A DNA stretch of 64,000 nt from an uncultured Clostridia bacterium (GTDB lineage: Bacteria; Bacillota; Clostridia; Christensenellales; UBA1242). Positions 35,801 to 45,200 of this stretch are shown here, in pieces. A program made the translations under genes and the position numbers. Position 1 is the first letter of the stretch. Each line of letters starts with the position of its first letter. The notes below the pieces were generated by a model that ran no database searches, was not told where the DNA came from, and saw only the letters and a list, made by a program, of their open reading frames with translations. The stretch covers positions 9 through 64,008 of the forward strand of contig CALWTI010000001.1 in the NCBI GenBank assembly GCA_944384425.1, written 5' to 3'.

Positions 35801-38800
35801 TGTCAAAAGATGTGTAATCAGAATAAATTCCACTGAAAATTATTTTGTGGCTGTTACCATCAAGCCTTGCAATGCTTGCATCAATTGGTGTGAAATCTGA
35901 TGTGATTGTTATGTCGTCCATCAAAATATAGTAATTGTCATCACTCATATTCATAAGTTGCTCTTGTGTATATATTGGAAGTGGACTATCTAAAGATGTG
36001 GTTTGATTTACTGTTACATTAAACTGTTTAATATCAACATCGCTTATTTTTTCTATTTCTTCATCGCTAAGTGCCATGACTTGAACATAACCATCGAGGT
36101 ATTGAAGCTTTGCGAACACTCCGAGCGAGAATAGATTTTCACCAACATATTTAGTTGTTATGTTGTAGCCAGTTATATCCAAAATGCCATTACTTACATT
36201 TGTTTGGTTTGTAATTCTAACTAATCCATTTTCATCACTTAATTTATAATAGAACACACCATTTTGCTTTAAACTTGCTTTTAAGGCATTTACTGCTGTT
36301 GTTGCGTTGCCAGAATACTCCACATTAAGATTATCAATAATCAAATCTCTTATGTCGACACTATTGCCACGATTGAGTATTATCTCAGAATTTTCAAAAA
36401 CTTCATTCATATCATTAAGGTCACCGAGTACATATTCAACAATTGTGCATATGAACGAATTTCGTATTCCACTTGTTGTTACTCCGTCAACTGTGGTTGT
36501 TCCATAGTATGTGATTGTGACATCATAACCACCATATTGCTGACCGTGAGGATAGCTGATGTTATCTGCAATTTTTAAAAAGTATGCTCCGTTGTCGTTG
36601 ACTATTTGCGCATATGGTGATGAGCTATCAATGACTACATCTGAAACATTATAGCCCACTGTATTTATGTTTAATAAGTAATTATATCCCCTCGCAACAT
36701 AGTAATGGTCAGAAACATCTCTATCTGCAATTGAAACTTCAACAGTTTTGTTTAGAGAAATTGTCAATACTTTTTGTTGCTGAGAATATATAACTTCACC
36801 TTCTGCATTGTAGAAGTTTACATTGAGCGTAATTGAATCACCTTCAATGACATTTGTTGCCATTCTGTAAAGCACATTGAGTTCGCCACCGACAATTGAT
36901 GACTTCATAACTCTTATGCCCGTGCTTGTGAAAAATGCGTCAGAAGATATGACTGCTTGCCCTGGTTCGTTGTTTCTTGGAACCAAAAGTCCAAACAAAA
37001 CAACGTTGCCACTTGAAATGTTTTGTTGAGAATTTGTTACTTCAATGTAGGCATAGTCTGAATATTCTGGGTTTATTACAACTTTTAATATATTTGGCTC
37101 GCCCGCTGTTACAATGTTTGTTTCCGTCATTGAATAACTTGTGTTATAGACATAGTATCCATCACCTGTATCAATCAATATGACATCTTCGTTATTTGTG
37201 AAACTGTAATTCTTAACAATAACATTATTTATTGGTTGAGCTGAAAAATTTGCGTAAACATCTTTTTTAACTACGCCATCAGAACCTGTAAATGTAAATT
37301 TGTAATTACCTATTCTTACTGCGTTTTCTGTGTTCATTTCAAAAGTGTAGTCTATGTAATATCTACCATTTTCAAAATAAACTTCTGAGACCTTTGCAAT
37401 GAAATAATTATCAAAGTCTTCATCACCAAATTTGAGCACTTCGCCATTTTCAAGGTATGTGACATAAAGTTCAATCTTGTCATCTATATCGTCTGTTAAA
37501 TAACTTACTTTGACCATAAACACATCACTTGGTACCAAAGAAATGTTGGTCTTGTCACTTTCAATATTGTATATACCTTGTGTGTATGTCGTGTAAAGTA
37601 CAGCACTTGGCTCTACTTGGTCTTTTGTTGTTTCAACAAAAACATATTTTTGTGCATCATCGACATTTTGTGATTGAACAAGATACATCTTTGCGTTATT
37701 TACATCAAGATATATATAAAATTTAACTTCTTGAGGCACTGTTTGACTTTCAGTTCCTGCCCCTTGCAAAATCACAGTACCTGAGCTTTGCATTACTTTT
37801 ACATTATCGTTTGCGTCAATTTCAAGTTTTGCAGTGTTGTTGCTGACAAGTTCAACTCGCATATTCCCAACACTTGCAGTTGCATCAAATCTTGGATAGA
37901 TATTTACTGCATCTCTATTTGTCACTGCGATTTGAGAGTTTTGTGTTAGCATATTTGTGTAGTCTGACGACAAATACAAGTTTACGCCACTAACATAATT
38001 TGTGACAACGCAAGTTATTTGTTGGCTTATTGAAGCGTTGTGAGCAGAAGTCAAAGTTAATATCACCGAACCTGTCTTGTGCAATCTAAGTTTTCCTTCG
38101 CTCGTGATTGAGACAACAGAAGTTGCATTTGATGAAATTGTTATATCCACACTATTTGCGAATATATTTGAAGGCAAACTTTGAGTATTTAAAATGTTTA
38201 AATAACTTTGAAAAGCACTATCTTTTGCTTCATAATACATCAAAACAATTTTGTCTGTTTTTAAATTTAAATAATTTTCTGGCATGTCCATGTCGAAAAC
38301 TTTTTCAAACTGGTCAAGCTGAACATTTGCACCCGCTACAAGTTCGCCATAATAGGTGTTTATGTCTTCTTTGTTACCACTTTGCCCGTATTGAACAAAC
38401 GCCCTTGTTATGTATGAAAGTGCAGTATTTGAAGAATCAACTGCAACATTTACCGAATTGAATATTTTCGCAATACTTGCACTCGCATTTGAAACGATAA
38501 GTGTTGCGTCAAGACCTTGTGATGTTCTGTCATCTGTTGCTTCTACCTTGTTGTTTGCGATATCTTCTGTCGCGCTGTTGACCACATAACCGATGAGTCC
38601 TGCAACATAAGAATTACCACGAACAAACACCCTTGAAGTGTTATTCATAACTTCACCAGCATTGTCCATACGCCCAATAAGTCCGCCAACATTTGTGGAC
38701 TGCATTGCACTCACTCTTCCTGCTACAAGCAAGTTTGTGACTTCGCCACCATAATTTTGTCCGACGGTGCCACCAACTCCACCCATGGTTGAGTTAGAAC

Positions 38801-41800
38801 CCGTTACATTCAAATAAACTTGTGATGATAGTCCATAATTATTGTATGTGTTCATATTAGCAGGCTTTATAAACTGCAAAAGCCCTCGGTTTTCACCAAC
38901 AATACCACCGACATAACTAGTTCCCCCACTAAGCTCTACATCAAAGGTATCACCAGTTTGCATATTCACAAACAAAGTAGAGTTTGGTGCTGATGTAATT
39001 ATGTCAACAATGTATTCACCTTTGTTTTGACCAACACCACCGCCAATATATACAGCAGACTGGGCTTGTACAAAACTTTGCGTGAGATTGATGTTTACAT
39101 TTTCTATTTTTCCGTTGTTTACACCAGCCAAAAGTCCTATATATGAAATACTTGTAACATTGTCAATATCAATAGCTCCTTTAACAATCAAATTTTTTAT
39201 GTAAGCACCACTTGCAATACTTGAAAACAAACCGTAATAATCTCCAGCGTTTGCGCCTGTTGTTACAACATATGGAGAAGTAACTTTGAAGTTTGTTATG
39301 GTTGACACAGAACCGTCACTAGATGTCATACCTGAAATTCCACCTGTCAGTTCACCCAAAGGTGCGATTTCTTCACCGCCACCATCAATTGTTCCGTCAA
39401 TGACATAATATTTGGATAGGTCAATTGTTTTTAATTGTTCCCATGTTCCAATGTGAAGAGGGCTTGAAATTGAGCCATCTCCAACAACAATAGGGATTTC
39501 CATAGAAAAGTTATAATCATTTCTGTCACTGCTATTAAAAGATGAATTTGGTACAATTCTTATAATGCCACTTCCCCCACCAGCTCCCGTATATGTGACG
39601 ACAATTTTATTTTCATCATATTGCAACTGAACTATTGTTGAACTTGTTTCGTCATTTGGCTCAAACCATGCCGTGAAGCTTTGATTTGTTGCATTTTGAG
39701 GCAAAATATATGGGTCAAGTGTCTCTTGTGTATGCGATGGGTCAAGATATATCTCATCAACATAATTGTAAAGCCAAACCTCTTCAACTTGAACATACTG
39801 AACAATATTTATTTTTACAGTCGAAGAGATGATTGTTCCATATTCATAAATTTTTGCTGTTATTGTGAATGTTGCAATAGGACTTCCTGTTGCATCGCAC
39901 ACAAATGTCATTAAATCATTGTAGAAATAGCCATAAACAATACTTCCAGAATCTGTCAATTCATATCTTGAATTTGCAGAATCATAAATTGAAGAAACAG
40001 AAAATTCAAATTCAAGGTTTAAATCTTTTAAAAGCAAGTCATTTACATCAGTTAAAACACCATCAACCAAGATTCTAAATTCAATCATTGACATTGGTGT
40101 GTCAACATAACCAAGTGGAGTGTTTAAATCATAAACATCGACAGTACTTGAATATGTGGCGTCCAAATCTCCAGTATTTACTGCGTCAAATGTGAAACTT
40201 GATATTGGCTTGAAACATATAACATCAAAATCAAATTGTGTGCTTTGAAGCACATCATCATCAATGACTAGCATAAAGTTTTCTATTCTATTCATTTTAA
40301 CTTCTACATGAATAGTTTGCCTTGTATTGTCAACAGATGTGAATGTGAGCATATTTTGATTTATTGAAATGTTTGTACTATCTGTCTGATATGAAATCTC
40401 AAACATTGATTGACCTTGTATGTCGCGTGGAGATGTGTTTGCTAAAATTACAACATCACCAAGTCCACGCACTGCAATAAAGTCAATTGTTTCATTGTCG
40501 CCTATTTGTCTATACTCTACTTCTGCAATTTTTTCTTCGTTAGTGCCGACATAAAACCACAAATTGTCAACATCGAGCTCATCTCTAACTATTATGGTGA
40601 TATGCGTTGAAAGTCCACTTTCAAGCACAAGCGTGTAGTGTGCTTCACCAGCTCTATGCGCCACAATGTCAATTGAAGCAGTATTCTCTGCCGTTTGAGT
40701 AATTGTACAAATATTTAAAGACACTACATCGTTGTTTGAAGCAACTATTTTGCCGATGTATGCGTCGGGTTCTTGAACAACAAAACCGTTAAATGTTACA
40801 CTTTCACCATTTTTTACATAAATAGTTGAATTGGTGTAAGTTTCATCAACTCTAAAATCTGTTGCGCTTTTTTGTATTTTAAATTCTATGTCGTTATATA
40901 CTGGCTCACTTGTCAATTCTGCATTTACCATGGCTCTGACTAATATTGAATCGCCAATTGTTTCTGGCAAGACAGAACGACCATAAATTTTAAATGGAAC
41001 TGTGAGGTCAGTAATTTGGATATCGTCGCTTACTTGCTCCACTCCATAAATGATGCAAATATATTGGGCAATATCCGAGTAAGTTACTTCACGAAGTTCA
41101 TTTTCATCTTTGATATAATATGATAAAGTCAAATATCCATAATCAGAATTTGAAGGCTTTACGCTAAACAAAAATTGTTTTGCACTATTGATATCGTCAT
41201 TGTTGAATAAATTGACTTCTTGTACATCGCTAAGCCCGTTTATTAAAATACTTTCTAGCACTGATGCGATTTTGACATTATACATTAAATCAACATAATA
41301 AGCATCATAGCCAGCATACTTTACCCTAACCACCAAAACATCATCAACAAGCGAAAAGTCACTTGCTTGAATTGTCACATCTTTGATGTTTTGCATATTT
41401 GATGATTGAGTTGTTTCGGCAGGCGTATTCGTACTTTTTGAAAAGATTTCATATACATATGCCTCATCATACGCAAGTTGCAAAGTCTTTTGAAATAACT
41501 CTTTATCATTTTTAATTAGTTCAATATAGCTTTCGCCATCTTGCTGTATTGTTGGCAAAACTTTGCCATTTTCACTTAAATATATATTTTGTGTGTCAAT
41601 TTGATTAAACACTTTGACTGAAAATGAGCAAGTTATGTTTTCATTTGTCAAACTGACAGCAGTCACAACCACTTCGTCGGGCGTATCTTGGTCTGTTACA
41701 AGCAAGCCATTTTCAATAGTTTCAGTTCCTATTTGAAAACGAACACCACGGTCAAGTATTGAAGGTGGATTAAAATCTATCATATCACTTGAAAGTTGTA

Positions 41801-42215
41801 AAGATTGTCCACGAATTACATATAAAATAGTTCCACTTTTTAAACTCATACTTGATAGAGGTTCATAAACTTTGACTGGAATATCTATATATTTTAAATT
41901 TTCAAGCAAAGTTATTGTCAAAGTTGCTTTCCCTGGGGTATGGCCCATCACAGTTATGCGATATTTTCCATCACCAAGGTCTGTTGTTTTTGTTACAGTC
42001 GCAATTTGTTTGTCAAAAGAGTAGTTAAAGTTAATACTGGTAGAAAAATAATTTTCAACCGTAATTTCATAATCTTTACTTGAATTTTGTTCAAGTTCGA
42101 TGCTTTGGCTTGAAAAATGGAGAGAAAGATTATCATAACTTTCTCCGCAAGCTGAAAGTAGCCCCATGAATATTGAAATTAAAATCAAACCAAATGTTAC
42201 AAAATATTTTTTCAT
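32802..42215 (-). CDS. Giant protein B: 3,137-aa lipoprotein-type surface protein with Big_2-like Ig domains and three GLUG-like beta-helix blocks
   Basis: 9.4-kb stop-free frame with RBS GGAGAG. Signal peptide MKKYFVTFGLILISIFMGLLSAC has lipobox LSAC. Big_2-like segment: LPQNATNQSFTAWF..GSGIIRIVP. Repeated motifs: VGGIVGENRG, VGGLIGRMDNAG, AGLIGYV, AGFVAVNNGHIASSYV, AGFVAQNYGTVFASYI, VGGVFGR, VGGLCGIV, VGGLAGKV, LGGIIGEV. Confidence 0.9.
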   Translation of the reverse strand: MKKYFVTFGLILISIFMGLLSACGESYDNLSLHFSSQSIELEQNSSKDYEITVENYFSTSINFNYSFDKQIATVTKTTDLGDGKYRITVMGHTPGKATLTITLLENLKYIDIPVKVYEPLSSMSLKSGTILYVIRGQSLQLSSDMIDFNPPSILDRGVRFQIGTETIENGLLVTDQDTPDEVVVTAVSLTNENITCSFSVKVFNQIDTQNIYLSENGKVLPTIQQDGESYIELIKNDKELFQKTLQLAYDEAYVYEIFSKSTNTPAETTQSSNMQNIKDVTIQASDFSLVDDVLVVRVKYAGYDAYYVDLMYNVKIASVLESILINGLSDVQEVNLFNNDDINSAKQFLFSVKPSNSDYGYLTLSYYIKDENELREVTYSDIAQYICIIYGVEQVSDDIQITDLTVPFKIYGRSVLPETIGDSILVRAMVNAELTSEPVYNDIEFKIQKSATDFRVDETYTNSTIYVKNGESVTFNGFVVQEPDAYIGKIVASNNDVVSLNICTITQTAENTASIDIVAHRAGEAHYTLVLESGLSTHITIIVRDELDVDNLWFYVGTNEEKIAEVEYRQIGDNETIDFIAVRGLGDVVILANTSPRDIQGQSMFEISYQTDSTNISINQNMLTFTSVDNTRQTIHVEVKMNRIENFMLVIDDDVLQSTQFDFDVICFKPISSFTFDAVNTGDLDATYSSTVDVYDLNTPLGYVDTPMSMIEFRILVDGVLTDVNDLLLKDLNLEFEFSVSSIYDSANSRYELTDSGSIVYGYFYNDLMTFVCDATGSPIATFTITAKIYEYGTIISSTVKINIVQYVQVEEVWLYNYVDEIYLDPSHTQETLDPYILPQNATNQSFTAWFEPNDETSSTIVQLQYDENKIVVTYTGAGGGSGIIRIVPNSSFNSSDRNDYNFSMEIPIVVGDGSISSPLHIGTWEQLKTIDLSKYYVIDGTIDGGGEEIAPLGELTGGISGMTSSDGSVSTITNFKVTSPYVVTTGANAGDYYGLFSSIASGAYIKNLIVKGAIDIDNVTSISYIGLLAGVNNGKIENVNINLTQSFVQAQSAVYIGGGVGQNKGEYIVDIITSAPNSTLFVNMQTGDTFDVELSGGTSYVGGIVGENRGLLQFIKPANMNTYNNYGLSSQVYLNVTGSNSTMGGVGGTVGQNYGGEVTNLLVAGRVSAMQSTNVGGLIGRMDNAGEVMNNTSRVFVRGNSYVAGLIGYVVNSATEDIANNKVEATDDRTSQGLDATLIVSNASASIAKIFNSVNVAVDSSNTALSYITRAFVQYGQSGNKEDINTYYGELVAGANVQLDQFEKVFDMDMPENYLNLKTDKIVLMYYEAKDSAFQSYLNILNTQSLPSNIFANSVDITISSNATSVVSITSEGKLRLHKTGSVILTLTSAHNASISQQITCVVTNYVSGVNLYLSSDYTNMLTQNSQIAVTNRDAVNIYPRFDATASVGNMRVELVSNNTAKLEIDANDNVKVMQSSGTVILQGAGTESQTVPQEVKFYIYLDVNNAKMYLVQSQNVDDAQKYVFVETTKDQVEPSAVLYTTYTQGIYNIESDKTNISLVPSDVFMVKVSYLTDDIDDKIELYVTYLENGEVLKFGDEDFDNYFIAKVSEVYFENGRYYIDYTFEMNTENAVRIGNYKFTFTGSDGVVKKDVYANFSAQPINNVIVKNYSFTNNEDVILIDTGDGYYVYNTSYSMTETNIVTAGEPNILKVVINPEYSDYAYIEVTNSQQNISSGNVVLFGLLVPRNNEPGQAVISSDAFFTSTGIRVMKSSIVGGELNVLYRMATNVIEGDSITLNVNFYNAEGEVIYSQQQKVLTISLNKTVEVSIADRDVSDHYYVARGYNYLLNINTVGYNVSDVVIDSSSPYAQIVNDNGAYFLKIADNISYPHGQQYGGYDVTITYYGTTTVDGVTTSGIRNSFICTIVEYVLGDLNDMNEVFENSEIILNRGNSVDIRDLIIDNLNVEYSGNATTAVNALKASLKQNGVFYYKLSDENGLVRITNQTNVSNGILDITGYNITTKYVGENLFSLGVFAKLQYLDGYVQVMALSDEEIEKISDVDIKQFNVTVNQTTSLDSPLPIYTQEQLMNMSDDNYYILMDDITITSDFTPIDASIARLDGNSHKIIFSGIYSDYTSFDNFGLFSTVDENSVICNLTVEIGRNTTFNFRNESSANSFNFGLIAAQNNGTITNCRVVYQDDASSLIVTNSAPMSLTSTSNIAPFVAVNSGFITNSRVNVRIESFGANLAGFVAVNNGHIASSYVKRSYIRNSSTNVNNSTAGFVAQNYGTVFASYIEGAFSTGLSYIYATDTNYIIRANSIAGAFAYINEGTISNCYANIPLTSSSINSGFVCTNNGEIISSYTTSKLGDRDTGNYPFYITCTGTISDSYYLSDENFNVGINVSNGLYGEGLTAIPVISFAIGYAVTSSGSDYTVGEKLFNTFAINTNNDITSGVWFYAKDNNSYLTNNTITTGSKISASDYRNYLQYSRLITVQSLQSDGQYMQFRENRPQLVAANILASSSKYIESSQYVEETGETLYVYAETSGSNTEGSMYNPIIVTSAVRFEEDFISNSIRNVNSKYYRLVKDIDYTAENLVVSSLYSYTLAGYFEGNGLTISNFSINTSTGLTSGGYFAQIGDGNDYATIQNVEFSPKYINLPNAVNVGTVAGTVYRVYAYNITVDGYNSGNSSNVILGKNIVGGVFGRTINSFDIQNIYSSISTNAYQTNNNSNWTTQSVQKEILYEEGGSNYNTVSYSGSIVGYLGGVGVLKNANITNAVATIGMVSGFMFGGIGMNAEVRDISYEYQMLDNYFIRASAYGGIIVGDLKGTLRNVKVSGVSIEDGEDVTPYYIFNLTPKIPIAVGGLCGIVRGSAQQPANIYDCDVDIDIQFNNTIAVDSVGGLAGKVSQSVTINNSNFTGDLTGQNALGGIIGEVEFSGTFGNVIITDFTVGKDEATNLKLIKPAKLAQEETSDASYAGSVIGLITSDGASVTEGGTLEIIANSINTSISSDISIYGDNSISDTEQEEGSELYRVYVSKLIGGYNGDILEEVNDIELAVRNGLNVEIDLSIKNLRMGNTITGIPLQYAIYLSTVVYGFSPSGYEGLEAKLGNFSINNFERVGDGYYGYINGDISSWPSNE
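42147..42215 (-). other. Lipoprotein signal peptide of giant B (residues 1-23, Cys23)
   Basis: KK n-region, hydrophobic core, L-S-A-C lipobox. Confidence 0.7.
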
Positions 42216-42259
42216 TTTCTCTCCATTTTTTGCCTTAGTTTACTTGTCAAATACTTGTA

Positions 42260-45200
42260 CTATGCTTGTATTTCTACTGTGCAACTTAAATTTCCAAACA
42301 CCACATCAAATGTGCTTTGTCCCACAACAATTACAGCAGAAGCAAAATCAGTACCTTTAATTTCATCAGATGATATATAAATTCCGTAAGGTGAGTATCT
42401 ATTATAATTAGGTGCAACATCACTAAAACTGTTTGTGTCAAAGTATTGAATAAGATTTGTGCTTGTATCAAATGTCCATGTGTACTCTTGTATTGAATAA
42501 ACGCTTCCAACATTTCCATCCATTCCTGCAACTCCATCAAGTGTTGTCGTCACGGTTTCAACAAATGAGAATGTTCCAGAGCCATCATCACCGACAATAT
42601 CTCTTTTGATAACAACAGTTGCGTTCGCTTCAGCTATTGTTGCGTCCTCCCCTTCACCGTCAATATAAGACATCGTCCCTGTAAATGTTGTTTCACCTAT
42701 ATCACTAAGTCCATTGTCCCCATTGTACCAGTCATTAGCCAAGTTGTGTCTAACATAAACATACTCGCTAACTATTCTTTCTTCGCCAAACTCCGTAGTG
42801 AATTTTGCATTGTTTTGCAAAACGCTAACTCCGCCTGGCACAGAAACGCCTAAACTCTTATATGTTGAAACCTCAACATCTTCACCAACATACAAAATTT
42901 GACCTTCAATTTGTTCTAGCAAATATCCTTCCAAAGTGTAATAAACTTTTTGTTCTTCTGAAAGCTGTACTGCATAATTTTGGTTGAATGGTATTAGTTT
43001 AATATCGCCTATGTTGATACCAAAATCTAGTTCCAATGATATTTGTTTATTACCATAAGTCCATTCAACTTTTGAATGAGATTGAAGTTCGCCGTCAATA
43101 TATGTATTGTCGTACAAATAGTAATAAATTGTCGACAATGGCAACAAGTCTGAATAATCAGATTGTGCTGTCAAATCATCATCCATATTGAAGCGGTATC
43201 CATTACTTATATCATATAACAAACTGTCCACTCTGAGCAATATAACACCACTACCATTTTTGCTTAGTGCCATATCGGTCATAGTCGATTTAATGTCATT
43301 ATAAACATCCTGACCACTCTTAAACAATGACCAATCGCCGTCTTGCTTTACGAAAATCAAAGTATTGTTCGACTCGTCAACAAAAGCCTGTGCTTCGACA
43401 TCAAGAGAACTATCTGATGCTGTGTAGGTTTCAAGTTTGCTTAAAGTTTGTCTTTCAAAGATAGCAACTGCTTGCTCTTCGCTTAAAGCGGTATGCACTT
43501 CGATATATCCATTTGTTGTGTATGAAGCCAACCAATCCTTAAATACATAGTAGAAGTTTTGTCCAATTAGTTCGGCAGAATCTTTTGAATCGCTTGCAGT
43601 GTAGTAGACATACTGTCCGTCTGTAAGCTGTACACTATTTGTCAAACCATTAAATGAAAGTGTGATTGTCGCATCGCTTTGTGTGTAAGATTCAGATATT
43701 GTGTATTTCCCTTCATCCATAGAAATCGTAACTTCATGACCAATTAATACGAAATTGCCATCAACATATTTAAATATATATGTCTCATTATCTTTTGTTA
43801 CTAGCAGTTGGTTTGTAGCCTTATCGTATTTGAACATATATCCTGTCCCCGAAAGCTTTATGTAACCTGTTTGGGCGGTATCACCAATTGTATTTATAAA
43901 GGTAAGCAGTGTGTCGCTGTCTACAATTTCGACAGTTACTCCAAAATCATTTCCGTCTTCGGTATCGCTATTTGAGAAGTCGCCTTCGTTGCCCAAAGCT
44001 CCCTCTTGAATTATGTAACGATTGTTATTAAATACAAAGCCATCAGTATACGAAACGAAATCGGTAAGCACACCATCAGTGTAGTTAAATACAAATATTT
44101 GTGTGGTTGCTCCGCCGTCGCTAGTTGCTCCTTCTACCTTGCTCATAGTCAAAACCACTGCATTTAATGGTGTTTCAAGGTCTTGATACGAATAGACTGG
44201 TGTATTCTTTATTGTGTATGATCTCCATGTGCTATTTTCGTTCACGATAATGTTAGCAGTTCGCACTTCTTGGTCGACTATTGTTTTCTCACCTACATTT
44301 GCCGTAAAGGTAAAGTTGATGCTTATGTCTCTAATAGATTTTATATCAATGCTATCAAAATAGACTTTGTATGTGCTATTTTGTGTCACTGTATGCTCCA
44401 TTATCTTCGACAAATTGTCTGGGCTTGCTGCATCAATATAGTAACTTGTATCTGTTTTTGTAGTTTTGATTTCAAATGAGATAACATCTCTAAGATCAAT
44501 GTCGTTAACATTTTTGATTTTATCTAATGAAAGCAAGTTGTTTTCATAAGACATAATATTTGCATCTTGTGTAGGGAAGAACATAAAATTCCTTGCCATT
44601 GCATCTTTAAATTCAATAAGCTGGTCGGCTGAGTATGAAATAGAACCAAGATAATATGCACTTAAAGAATTGCCAGAATTATCAATTAACATTATGTGTT
44701 CTTGATACAAATAAACTGTTTGATTGTTGTTATTTTCAGTTCTGCCATTATAAATTGATATAAACAAAGGTTTGTATTGTTTAAAATCATCTATGCTTAT
44801 TAAATTGCCAACAGTGACAGATACATCTTGTGAATCGTCACGCACATAATCATAACTTGAACTGTCAATTCGAGCATTTTCTATATAATTTTCCTTGCCA
44901 TCTGGAAGCTTAATATATAGTTCGCTATTTGTTGTTGAAACAATGCCTTCAATGTCTGTTTCGCTACCATCTTCATTTGTGAAGTTTAAAGATACTTTGT
45001 TCTTGCCAGAAGATTGTAAATCTTCATAAATGCCCCCATTCTTTTGTTTGTAAATTTCGATTGATTTAGGGTCAGAATAGCTTGGAGCCGCATTATTTTT
45101 AGACGATAACGTGCGATAGGTTAACACTAGCGACTTGTTTATAATATCAATACTTTCATATATTATTGAATTTGACTCCACCTCCATACTTGATGTGTCA

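Noticed and set aside
42216-42259. TTGACA hexamer in the 44-bp gap between giants C and B as an internal promoter
   Set aside because: No acceptable -10 element lies 16-18 nt downstream (aatgga), and the hexamer overlaps the RBS region. Co-transcription with giant C is the simpler reading.
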